Shown here piece by piece: positions 1 to 11,875 of a stretch of 55,615 nt of DNA (the first letter of the stretch is position 1; each line of letters starts with the position of its first letter). A program made the position numbers and the translations under genes. Under the pieces are notes generated by a model that saw nothing but the letters and a program-made list of their open reading frames with translations, did no database searches and was not told the DNA's origin. The DNA comes from Octopus bimaculoides. Its lineage: Eukaryota. The stretch lies in the NCBI RefSeq assembly GCF_001194135.2, contig NC_068982.1, positions 103,145,983 to 103,201,597 of the forward strand, written 5' to 3'.

Positions 1-40
<40 letters not shown>

Positions 41-54
41 GCACATATATATGA

Positions 55-258
55 GTGTCTATATGAGTTTGTCCCCACAACATCCCTTGGCAACCAATAC
101 TGGTTTGTTTTATGTCCCCATAACTTAGTGGTTCGGTAAAAGAGACCGATAGAATAAGTACTAGGCTTACAAAGAATAAGTCCTGGGGCAGATTTGTTTG
201 GGCCGAAGGCAGTGCTGCATCATGGCTACAGTCAGATGACTGAAACAAGTAAAAGAAT
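55..258 (+). mobile_element. SINE family B, 3' half
   Basis: Colinear with the 3' half of the copy at 17499-17935 (ataacttag.ggtt...gtactaggcttacaaagaataagtcctg...gactgaaac.agtaaaaga). Confidence 0.8.
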
Positions 259-829
259 AGAAATATATATGCAATTCTTAGCATTAAAAGACTCAGTTTT
301 AAAAGTTTCAGTTTCATAAAATGTCCAAGGCACTTCTACTTATATATACTCTCTCTGTCACTCACTCTCTCTCTCTTTCTCTCTCTCATACACACACACA
401 CACACACACATGCTGAGTTATTTTAAGTTTTCTGTGAATTTCATGACAAATAATGCTTTTCAGGTTACTCAACCAAACTTTCCCATTTTATGTTTCAATT
501 TCAGTTTGACATACTCCACTTCTTCACTCTAATACATCATTTACCACTGCTTTTTTTATATCCATTTCATACAGTTATTTTAATATATACTAGTGCTGGC
601 ATGCAACCTCAAAGATAGTGCATTGGTATACATATTCCTTTTTATTTTGACGTCTGTTTTTCTATGCTAGCGTGGGGCATTCTCCTACAGCTGGATGCCA
701 CCCTTCATGTTGCTAACCTTTACCTGTTTTTGATGTAAGTGAGCTCTTATTACACATGTCTTTGAAAGCCAGAGCTAGCTAATGATTTTTTGATAGGAGA
801 TGACAGCAAACGTCACCATTTGTAGCTCA

Positions 830-1250
830 GTAGGGATGAAGTTAAAATAATAGACAGAGAACACCACTGGAAAATACGAAAACTAAAAGAAGCAGCACAT
901 ATGCTAGGACACAAGAACCTCCTAAACAGACCGAGTGCAGATACGAGTAGCATTTGGGAACCAGTATTAAAGAATGATATGAAAATATTAGATTTATAAG
1001 CCCTAAAATTCACTCCATAATTGCCCACAGGCATATGGTGTAGTTGTTAATAGTGCAGGCTACTAACCTCAAGATTCCAAGTTCGATTCCAAGCAGTGAC
1101 CTGAATAATAATAATAATAATAACAGCAAAAAATATCTTAGGAATGAGAACCCAGGTTCGAAATTCCCCCAAGACTGGAGGGTATATCAGCTGAAACGTT
1201 GTGTTAACAACAAACAAGATGAGGACAACATCCATCAAATGTAAATAATG
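830..1250 (+). mobile_element. Penelope-like element 3' relic: GIY-YIG endonuclease C-terminus plus terminal region
   Basis: 835-999 translates to DEVKIIDREHHWKIRKLKEAAHMLGHKNLLNRPSADTSSIWEPVLKNDMKILDL*, resembling the W/FDxxKILDxExxWxxRxxKEAxxI...xLNR pattern of Penelope-like GIY-YIG domains. It is followed by a tRNA-like segment and a GAAACGTT motif. Confidence 0.7.
1030..1102 (+). other. tRNA-like (Pol III A/B box) segment, not a functional tRNA
   Basis: A-box TGGTGTAGTTGTT (about 1036-1048), anticodon-arm-like GGCTACTAACC (compare tRNA-Asn GGCTGTTAACC), B-box AGTTCGATTCC (1080-1090), then (AAT)n. No good acceptor stem is visible. Confidence 0.6.
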
Positions 1251-1797
1251 ATTAAACTGTTGTATTAATATATGAGACAGACAGGCCTAAAGCAAATTTA
1301 GTATAGAGAGGATGTGTCATTTGATGAGGTCATGAATGGCACCAAAAGGACTTGACAGACTTAGTTGACTGATTGACTGACCAAATGGTTAATCAAACAA
1401 ATAGTTTATTAGTTAAATGGTTAACCAAGTGACTAATAGTAATAAAGGATTAAAATAGAACCTGTGTGTATTTATTATTGGCATAATGACCCTCCTGAGA
1501 TACAAAATGTTTTTAATACCAGTTGATTATCCTAGGTCAAACTTACTAGAACAACATAAACAAAAATGGTCCAGGCAATCACAATAACTTTAGTTTCTAA
1601 TTCTGCATCATAAATACAATATAACGTGTTTTCTTCAAAAAGCAATATATGACATGTAGTAAGCAATATTATTGTGATAGTACAAATAAAACGACTCGAT
1701 GGAACAGGTTTATCACAAAACAAATAAAATATTTAAAATTTGGCAAAATATGTCCCAATTCTATGAGATTTAAAATTATAGCTAAAAGACAAAAATT

Positions 1798-2037
1798 ATC
1801 ATCATCATCATCATCATCATCGTTTAACGTCCACTTTCCATGCTAGCATGGGTTGGACGATTTGATTGAGGACTGGTGAACCAGATGACTACACCAGGCT
1901 CCAATCTAATTTGGCAGAGTTTCTACAGCTGGATGCCCTTCCTAACGCCAACCACTCAGAGAGTGTAGTGGGTGCTTTTACATGTCACCCGCACGAAGGC
2001 CAGTCAGGCGGTACTGGCAACGGCCATGCTCAAAATG
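1798..2037 (-). mobile_element. SINE-like family A with (GAT)n tail, 5'-truncated
   Basis: Near-identical in reverse complement to 11595-11875; (ATC)n at 1798-1821. Confidence 0.9.
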
Positions 2038-2235
2038 TTTTATATAACATTATTTAATAACAAAGTTATCTCTTTGCTTTAATATATAAAACCCAGTATC
2101 TTGTGATTGAAAATGTCTGCTTTTACCTGTAAATGGATATATGTCTTTTTATTTAGAGTTGCCAGTGGCAGCAAAACATATTTTTTTTGTATAATTAACG
2201 TATTTCTGTTTATCATAATTTTTCTCAAATATTGG

Positions 2236-2421
2236 TTTCAAATTTTAGCACAAGACCAGCAATTTTAGGGGAGGGGATAAGTCATTTACATTGACCCCAG
2301 TATTCAACTGGTACTTAATTTATTGACCTTGAAAGGATAAAAGGTAAAGTTGACCTCGGCAGAATGGATGAAAACCCACTAAACACTTTGCCTGGCGTGC
2401 TAATAATTCTGGCAGCTCACC
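2236..2421 (-). mobile_element. tRNA-derived SINE family D
   Basis: Shares gcacaag.ccagcaatttt...gaccccagtattcaactggtactt...aaagttgacctc with the copies at 20199-20414 and 25196-25320. Confidence 0.8.
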
Positions 2422-3401
2422 AACTTAAATAATTTCTCTCAAATATCAACATGCAGAACACTCTTATCTGCCTAGAAGTTACTGTCATAGAAATATAGCT
2501 AAATATATATTTGCCAATTGAATACAATAACTATGATATTGCCAGAAATTTAGGAGACTAGTTCAGAAAGGTTTAAAAAATTTTAAGAATCTAGCATTTT
2601 CTATGGATACAACTTGCAGTATATTCAGAATGTTTATTTAATAGATGCATTAGATTTGCTTGATAGATACATTTTGTAAAACAGTATCCCACATGTTTCT
2701 AGTGTACATGTGTGGTATATGTGAATTTTTGTGCACCTTCATTCTACAAATTTATTTTCCATTCAATATCAAAATTAATGGGATTTTTCCTCCAAATGTA
2801 TCCTGATAAAATTTGTTTTATTAGATTTGAAGACACTGCAAAGTGAACAGGTTGTGTAGTACCATTTCTTGAATAGATTAGATGTCAAACCTATATCTGA
2901 TGTTACCTTATTAGTTTTAATAATAACTTCATACACAGTCTCTTTCATGTTCCAAATGCATTTGAGCAGGCAATGAAATATTTTGTACCTGCACACACCA
3001 ATTGCATTGGTATGTGCTATTACAAAATATTCTATCATGGTTAAAATTATGCTCATATAACTTCCTTCTATTTGTGTTGGTTAAAGTACTGGGTGTAGAA
3101 GGATATCAAACATTTACAGAATTTCTATTCATGGATCTCTTTTTATGATTGAGTGAAAATATTTGTTTAGGTTTGAAAAATATTTAAGCTATGGGTGTCA
3201 CTACTTGTTTGGGGGATTATACCAGGTAATTCTGTTTTCTATTAATGTTTTAGTTGCCTCAATAAGTTTAAGCCAACCTATGTTAGCATAGGAAAAGCAG
3301 ACGTAAAAATTATGATCACACACACACACAGAAATAAAAGAACGGAAGTACTGGTATCACATTTACTCCTTGGTTACAGCTGTTTCTACAACATGCCAGT
3401 G

Positions 3402-3444
<43 letters not shown>

Positions 3445-3511
3445 TTTTAAACTTTTAAATTTTCATATTCAAAAGAGACAGAGACTTCAAATTCGATATA
3501 TCGATTTATTC

Positions 3512-3597
3512 ACCACTCTATGTTAACATTTCTGTGCCAAACTTATCCAGTGACTGGTCCATTGGATTTAGACGTTTGGCACTTCTTCAGGAGTGGT
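3512..3597 (-). ncRNA. Type I hammerhead ribozyme (Penelope-type)
   Basis: Minus strand reads ACCACUC-CUGAAGA-A-GUGCCAAAC-(31 nt)-GUUUGGCAC-A-GAAA-UG-UUAA-CA-UA-GAGUGGU. This gives stem I of 7 bp, a CUGANGA core, stem II of 9 bp, GAAA, stem III of 3 bp with a palindromic UUAA loop, and an AUA cleavage triplet. Confidence 0.8.
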
Positions 3598-3806
3598 TAC
3601 CTTTCGAACAAAACACGAAAAAACACATACATATACATACACATACATATATACATATACATATATACATATATACACATACATATATACACATACATAT
3701 ATATATAATTTATATATAGGGAGAAATGATGGTTTTTTTTCCTTTTATGAGGTTTTTTCATGCTAACTACTTGATAAATTGTTATAAAGACTTTATCCTA
3801 TTATTG

Positions 3807-3859
<53 letters not shown>

Positions 3860-3863
<4 letters not shown>

Positions 3864-4156
3864 ACTCTCCTGTCGAAGATGACATATGAGCATTCAGCTT
3901 TTGCCGAACAACCTGCACAAATGATTTGTTTATAGTGATCAAATGTCCATTCCACATGTTAACTCACTCTCTCCATCAAATCGACGTTGTCTGAACAGGT
4001 GTGCTGTGTACCGCATGTCAGGTGTCAAAGTGATCATAAAGCAGTGTGAGAAGTGTTTTGCTCAAGAACACAACTTACCTACTCAGTCTAGGAATTGAAA
4101 TCACAATTGCTAAATCATAAGTACAACACCCTAACCACTAGGCTATGTGCCCTCAT
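3860..4156 (-). mobile_element. tRNA-derived SINE (family E)
   Basis: The reverse complement begins gcacatagcctagtggttagggtgttg (A box), then gatttcaattcc (B-box-like), then gtgttcttgagcaaaacactt. Confidence 0.65.
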
Positions 4157-4164
4157 GCACACAC

Positions 4165-4366
4165 CATCATCATCATCATCATCATCATTTAACATCCTTT
4201 TTCCTTGCTGGCATGGGTCGCATAGTTCAACAAGGCCTGATGAGCCAGAGGACTGTGTTAAACTCCAGTATCTACTTTGGCATGGTTTCTACAGATGGAT
4301 GCTCTTCCTAATGTCAAATACTTTACAGAGTATACTGAGTGCTTTTATATGGTATTGGCACTAGTG
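4165..4366 (-). mobile_element. Diverged family A-related copy
   Basis: (CAT)n tail followed by atttaacatcc...ctggcatgggtcg...tttctacagatggatgctcttcctaatgtcaa...gtgctttta. Confidence 0.65.
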
Positions 4367-4949
4367 AAGTTATGGAGTAACATGCAATATAAGACTGATA
4401 AGGGAGTAGGTAGTAGTAATGAAGAAGTTGACTTTATGCTAAGTAATGATGGGGGTACAGGAACAGATATCTTGCTGCAAGGGATACAGCGTTATCCCAG
4501 TAGGAAAAGAAGAAGGATATGTATCTATATATGTGGCTATTTTGTAATTTGTTGCGATTCCCAGTGAGCCTAAATATGTGTGGACATGAATCCATTACAT
4601 TTATTTATTCATAACCCATACTATATTGGTACTGTTGAAATTATTATCTGGCCATCAACTTTGTACCATCATGTAAATGAGTTATTAGTCACATTTTCAA
4701 ATAAGTTATCTGCTACTATCATAGCAGTTTAGGAAGGTAAAGTGAGAAAGTCCTTATGAATTGCTAAATAAACAACAAAGCAGGTTAGCTTGATCATCTT
4801 TTCAAACTGCTGAAATCATTCTGTGGACTTAATTTCACAATGCCTTGAAAGACATATAGAATGGTATGTGTGCATGTGATGTGCACATGTGCAGCATATA
4901 TATACCTGAAATCCCAGTGAAAATTAATATTTTTATAAATTCTTAATCT

Positions 4950-5556
4950 GCCTGGATTACTGCTCACAGCTATGGTCACCCACCGGTGTGAAATTAACAG
5001 CGGACCTTGAAGCAATCCAGAGAAGATTCACAAAGAAGATTGTCTCTTTGCAACAGCTCAGCTACTGGGAAAGGCTGAAACAGCTAAGACTCTACTCCCT
5101 GGAGAGAAGGCGGGAGAGGTATGCAGTAATATACATCTGGAAGATCCTGGAAGGAATTGTGCCAAATTTTGGCATTGAAAGCTACACCAATGCCAGAACG
5201 GGACGACACTGCATAGTGCCAAAGATCCCAGCAATGCCATCGCGCTTCAGGACCAGTTACTGCAACAGTTTGGGTTTCAAGGGCCCACAGCTTTTTAATA
5301 CCCTCCCAAAGAGCCTGAGGAACCTGCACAAAGTAGATGTAGAGGTTTTTAAATCAAAGCTGGACCTCTTCCTGTCGAGAGTCCCAGATGAACCTACCTC
5401 ACGGCAGGAAGGGGCAAATGAGGGTAGCTACATCAAACTCCATTCTTCACCAAATGCCACGTATTGGAGGAGGCTCTCAATAATAAAAGTGTAGCAAAAC
5501 AGCGGTGCATCAGCATGGCTGCAGCTCTCAGCTGAAACTATAAAAAAAAATAATAA
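4950..5556 (+). mobile_element. 5'-truncated CR1/L2-type LINE (ORF2 C-terminus, 3' UTR and A-rich tail)
   Basis: Open frame LDYCSQLWSPTGVKLTADLEAIQRRFTKKI...LSYWERLKQLRLYSLERRRERY...GPQLFNTLP..., typical of the post-RT region of CR1-group LINEs. A-rich tail at about 5541-5556. Confidence 0.9.
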
Positions 5557-5680
5557 ATAACAACCCCAAAACAAACATCTGTACATATATATGTGTATAC
5601 ATATGTGTGTGGGGGGTTACTTTTCGGTTAAGGTAAGATTAATAAAACAAGTACTCCAGCCGATTAGAGATAAATATTGC

Positions 5681-5892
5681 TTAATATACACTATATGTTT
5701 ATGAGCTACTAATAATTTCATACACTGGAGATGTTGTCTAGATAAGTTTTAATAACAGACCCAATGTTTCCAAGCAATCTCTGAGCATGAAGGTTGCTTG
5801 GAGACACTAGGAATGTTATTAAAACCTGTCTAGACAACATCTTCAATGTATGAAACTATTAGTAGCTCACAACTATATGTTGTGTACATTAA
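5681..5892. mobile_element. Palindromic MITE (TA-flanked, Tc1/mariner-like ends)
   Basis: 5701-5780 is the near-perfect reverse complement of 5791-5869 with a 10-nt loop. Weaker pairing extends outward to TA|CAC...GTG|TA and flanking TTAA. Confidence 0.75.
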
Positions 5893-5917
5893 ACTATATA
5901 TATGTGTATATATATCT

Positions 5918-6083
5918 TTGGCGTTAGGAAGGGCATTGGTGTTAGGAAGGGCATCCAGCTGTAGAAACACTGCCAAAGCAGGTTGGAGCCTGGTGTCGTC
6001 TCCTGGTCCACCAGTCCTCAGTCAAATCGTCCAACCCATGCTAGCATGGAAAGCGGACGTTAAACGACGATGATGATGATGAT
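5918..6083 (+). mobile_element. Family A 3' fragment
   Basis: ttggcgttaggaagggcatccagctg...catgctagcatggaaagcggacgttaaacg(GAT)n, beginning with an 18-bp tandem duplication. Confidence 0.9.
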
Positions 6084-6438
6084 ATACCTGGCTTCAGGTT
6101 CAGTCCCAAGTGTCTTCTACTAAAGTTACTGCTGACCAGTCAAAGTTTTGCCAGTGGATTTGGTTTACAAAAATGAAAAGCGCCTACCTTATGTATGTGT
6201 GTTTATATTCCCATGTCTTTGCATTGCATAATAGTTGTAAAAGAGTGTCACCATCATACAAGTGAAGTCCTTTATTTCCAGTCTTCTGTGAAAGCATGTC
6301 TGCCCATGAGGAAATATTAGCTTGCTTATAAACAGAAGAGCATTAGCAATAGGATAGGTATCAAACAATAGAAAATCTGCCTCAAAAAATTCCATCTAAT
6401 CCTTGCGATCATTGAAATGTAGATGTTGATGATAATGA

Positions 6439-6483
<45 letters not shown>

Positions 6484-6485
6484 TG

Positions 6486-6533
<48 letters not shown>

Positions 6534-8442
6534 CATATATACATACACTCATACATAATATACATTGTTAAATAGAACAATGTTCACCTCCATTTACCAT
6601 ATTTTACTGTAGAATAAAAGGTCTACTTGATCAAGTTTTTTTTTTCCTTTATGCTAATCTACAACAGATATTTCATTGTCTTAAAGAAATTAACTGACAT
6701 CCAAATTCATAAAACTGTATGATGTTGCAAATTACATGTCTGATAATTAGAGCAAACAATTCTGTGTAGTTGTTCTTGTAAACTCAGTTAATAGATAAAA
6801 CATTAGAACTTGGAGGTGGGGCTCAGGCTGTTACTATAGCTTTGTTGAGAAACACTGTTGTGTATGTGCACAAACCTGTCATGTAGTTACAGTTTAAAGT
6901 GAAACCTAATCTAAAATGAAAATCAAAACATCAGCTGTTTTTACTCACACAGATGAGTGGGTGTATATGTGTGTTTATGCATGTGTGTGTGTATATATAT
7001 GTTTAGTGAATATGTGTTATAATTTATACTTGTGCCATATAAATGTCTCATCCTTTTGTAAGTTTTATTCCTAATGAGTGCTACGTCCACTAAGATCAAC
7101 TGTAACACACACACCTACTTTCTAAGAAAATTATTCAAAATGGTATCACTTTCATTTTCAACAGGACATATAGTTTCTCTTTAGTTTTCTCATGAAGCCA
7201 AAATCTGTGTTCAAAATATAAATTTAAGGAAACTGAGGTTGTTGTTTCTCTTTCTACCACTATAACTAATAACTGTTGGATAAATTGCTAAAACAAATAC
7301 CACTTAACACAAGTATTACACAACATGAAACAAAAAGATGGTTTGTTAATCTTTGGGAAACTTGTGAATATAATGTTTTTATAAATCTGGTGTTCCATTG
7401 TTTTTGCTGTAAAATTCTCAGTTATTTTTTTTTCTTTTTGCATTTTAATGTATTGTTTTTTGTATATCCTTTTACTTAGCTTCTTTTGTTATATGTTGCA
7501 GTGCTAGATGCTGAAAAAAAATATTTTCAAATTGTTATTCATATTTTGTTGTCTTGTATAAACTAACAATGAAATATATTTTTATTTCCCCTACCCAGTT
7601 CAGTAATTCACTACATCATGTATTAAATGTCAGTGGTTCTTAAAATTCAGATAGAGGCATAACTATCAGAGTTAATGGTTCCTTCACTTCATTGGGAAGT
7701 TTTCAGATTTGAGGTCAAATCTCAGATTTCATGGCTTCATAAAATACTGATTGTATTGGCTCTGAGCTGTACAATGAACCGTCCAATCCATGCCAACATG
7801 AAAAACATACGATGAAAGGAAGTTAATAATTGATTGTTTTAGGACAATTCGAGTAATATATATTCTCTAAAATAGTAGACTATCAGCTATATTGTTTGAA
7901 ACCTTTACTTTCAGACTCCTAATGCACATGGTCATTGCTATTCAGTCTAGATTTTGTTTTGATATATTCTTGTTGTTGCTGTTGTTATTTCTTCATTTCA
8001 CAAAGTAGTAGTTAAATAGATTACTTGGTGCTTTATAATCAAAGGTATCTATCAATATGTAACTAGCCCAATTAACTTTTAGATGGGGCCAATAGAACTC
8101 AACTCCTCTTGTAGCCTTACCTGTAGAAGTCTATGGAGTACTCATCAGTTTTATAGTAATGCTATTACTTATTACATTGAGAAAGATATCATGAAATAAA
8201 AATTTTGTGGTATCTGCTTACAACAAAATAAACTGAGATTTCCAAAGTTTAATGCTTTAGCTATGGATTCAGTGTGGTGGGTACAACACCATTGGCCTCT
8301 AAAATGGTTGTTCCTTTCTGATACATTAAAATAAGTTAAAATTATTAATCTTGTTGATGTTGTTGTAATAGATTAAATGAAATCAATTTCTATTTTGTTT
8401 ATTAATATTTCTGATCATAATTCCCTCTTGTTTTTATTACAG

Positions 8443-9745
8443 CCAACCAACATTGACATGGACTTGTATGGAAATACTCCTCATAGCTCTGACCACATGC
8501 TACCTTCTGATATCTATTGTATGGTACCATCTCCTACTACTTTCAGTCCAAACTCTCCACATATGTATGAACAGGAAAAAGACGACCTGTCTCTACTCCC
8601 TCAACTTGAAATTCAAAATTTACCGACAACTGGAAACCAAACTCAGAATTCAGTCAACATGGAAGAATTTGATCTGAAGCCTCATTTTGAAAACAATGCT
8701 GATAGCTTCATTGTGAAACCCAGATTTGAAGTTGTACCAAATTCCCCTGCTTCACAATTTACAACAGACACCATATGGAATGATGGCAAAGACTTTCACG
8801 AATTCTTGCAAATGGAAAAGACTGACTCTGGGCCAACTTTAGCAGAACTGAATTTTGGTGACTACCACATTGATGATTTTACATGTGATGAAATCTCTTA
8901 TGTTACCAGTAATAATGAAATTGTCCCTAGTAATGGCACTGCTAATGTTGGTACTGCTAACAACAGTAATGCCACTACCACTAATACTGGTAATAATATC
9001 ACTTCTACTGTCCACTCAAGGATGAAGAATTTGCAGTCTGATTTCTTAGCTACCCCCATATCAAAGAATAACCGTTCCGAACTGCAAACGTCCACTACAC
9101 TTCAACAGAACTGGGATGAAAATCCTGCACCTCCTACTCTTGGAGGAATGAGAGTTCAGGCGTCTTTTAATGCTTCTTCCACAAAATCTTCTCAGATATT
9201 CAAACCACTCAAACAAAACCACATGGCACCATCATGTACCATTACCTGTGATACAGATAGCAATAAGAGCAAAGCAGCTCTCAAATTGTTTGATGGCAAT
9301 GGCTCTGTACCAAACAAGCTTTTAAAATATGAGGACTTTTCTACTGGAGATTGCAGTCATAAACCAGTGGACAGTGACATAGATGTCTCTTCTTCAAATG
9401 TTCATTTACAACAGTTACTTTGCAGCAACCAACCATCACTGCAACCTGAATCTGAAATGTCAATGCAAGCCCACAAATCCCAGCCAATCACTTCACATTT
9501 TCCACCGTCAGTTCAGACACAGCCCCAACAGATGGCTTCATTGTCATGTCAGACAGTACCACAGGCCCCCCTGAAAACCCAGCAGAGTAGTGTGACACCA
9601 GTTGAGACAGTCTCTAGCTGTGATATGACAATCTCTCGAAATGATACAACTTCTCACTCAGAAACCATGGATGAGAAATGGGAACAGATTAAAAAGCTTT
9701 TACACAAAGAAGATTCCCCTAAAAGTATAAAGAGGGAGCGCATAA
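8443..9745 (+). CDS. CREBRF: CREBRF/REPTOR-like bZIP factor, large N-terminal coding exon (first in-exon ATG 8458)
   Basis: Pyrimidine-rich acceptor ttgtttttattacAG ends at 8442 and donor GTAAGT starts at 9746 (phase 1). The frame is open throughout and encodes PTLAELN (8833-8853), resembling the PTLAxLN motif of CREBRF/REPTOR. The supplied ORF 8377-9870 overruns both splice sites. Confidence 0.9.
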
Positions 9746-10393
9746 GTAAGTCACTATTTAATATGGTGTACAATAATTTATCTTATCAAATATATTTTCT
9801 GATCATTTTCATATACTCTCTTCCTATTTCTTATTTCATTATTTATATTAACTCTTTAAAAAATGTCTGAACTATTTCATTCCAGATGTTTCATGGCTTA
9901 CTTCTATTCAGGCTACCAATCAATCATTAAGTTATCACAATTCTTTATCGTTTTCTTGTTCATCCTTGTCAGCCTGTTATGCCTCCTGTGCCTTTTGTTT
10001 ATTGTAAGCATCATCAAAGATTTTTAATTTCAAAATGATTTCTCTTCTGCCTTGGGTGAGACTCTTCTTCAATATTTTAATATGTATGTTAGTGTAAGTG
10101 TACACATATGAATGTGTGTATGTGTCTGCAAAGTACATTCCATATAATGGCTAAGCATGCTCTTTTATATAAGGGATATATTATCTCCACCTCAACCTGT
10201 TCATTCCCCTGTGTCTTAGCTCAGCACTCCCTCTGAGTGAGAATTATCTTTTAAACCCAGTATAAAATACTTTGTTCAATGGTATCTCCCTAGAACTTCA
10301 TTACTCTGGAAATACTTTTCCCTCAAATGCAATTGGTTACAATTCTGATAGGGCTGTAACCTCTGGAACTAATTCTTCTTCTTCTTAAAAACA

Positions 10394-10432
<39 letters not shown>

Positions 10433-10664
10433 AAGATTTATGTTTGACAGTTTAAAGTCTCCACCTGAGTACATATCTTGTAACTAGGCAAATAAATGAT
10501 TCAGTTAATGAAGAAAGAGGATTATAATATTATCATCAAAAATTGAAATCTTAGAAAGATAAACTTAACTGATGTGATGAACTATGAAGTAATTTATTTT
10601 AAAAATGAAGGAAGTAAAAATAGAAAATAAGAGTAGGAAAAGAATAAAGTTCAAGAAAGCTGAA

Positions 10665-10891
10665 TTAACCTTTAAGCTTTCAGATTATCTGTCAAAGATA
10701 ATGCTTATTTATTTACATTGTTTTGAATTAATCATGCATTATCTTGTAGTTTCAAGATTTCAATGATGTGATTGTTTATTTTTAGAATGACATTGTAAAT
10801 TAGGTGTGATAGGCCAGATTTGGCTGTTTTGAACATGAAACAGGTAGAATATTTTGCTCAGGTATGGCCAGTTTAAATGTTAAAGGGTTAA
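10665..10891. mobile_element. piggyBac-like MITE
   Basis: Ends TTAA-cctttaagctt...aatgttaaaggg-TTAA. Colinear in reverse with the interrupted copy at 20153-20610. Confidence 0.75.
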
Positions 10892-11490
10892 ATGAATTTG
10901 GTATTTTTTTAGTTTGCTTCAACTTTTCTCTATGTTGGCTTCATTATTGATAACAGCTGAGCAAAAAATCCAAAGTGCAATGATTGCTAGACTGAAAGGA
11001 TTCATACAATTCTATATATTTACTATAGATAGGTTGAAACTTTAGATGATCATTTAAATAACTACATCCAAGAGGTGAGCTCCTTTGTGAGGTATATTTG
11101 TAAAATATGCACGTGTATCAAGTTGTATTGCTTTTTTGTTGTTTTTTTTTCCAGTTGTCCTAACTCCACAGTTTCTCAGGTAGTTTTATTGGGATAATTT
11201 TGTATCATTATCTGAAAAATATAAAGCAATTAATTTTCATTAAACCTGTTAAGCAGCTTCTTGATTTCTGTGATATGAACACTGCTTATGTTCTATACTT
11301 CAGACATGTACTTATCAAGAGGGCTGATCTCTATTTGTTTAAGATTAGATAAGTTATATTGGAATAATTTTTGAAAATCTTTCACATTAAATGTCTCATC
11401 TGGTTTGCTTCTTTTAATAAACCTTTCAGCTGCATTTGGAATAATATATGGTACTCCAATATATAGTCTGTAATAGGTATCTTGCTACTT

Positions 11491-11875
<385 letters not shown>

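Noticed and set aside
1030-1102. Possible genuine tRNA gene
   Set aside because: The acceptor and anticodon stems are degenerate, the ACT anticodon is atypical, and it is embedded in a retroelement relic.
8377-8442. Upstream extension of the 497-aa ORF (and its tail 9746-9870)
   Set aside because: It lies outside clear splice sites; the hydrophobic F/I/L-rich text reflects intronic T-rich sequence.
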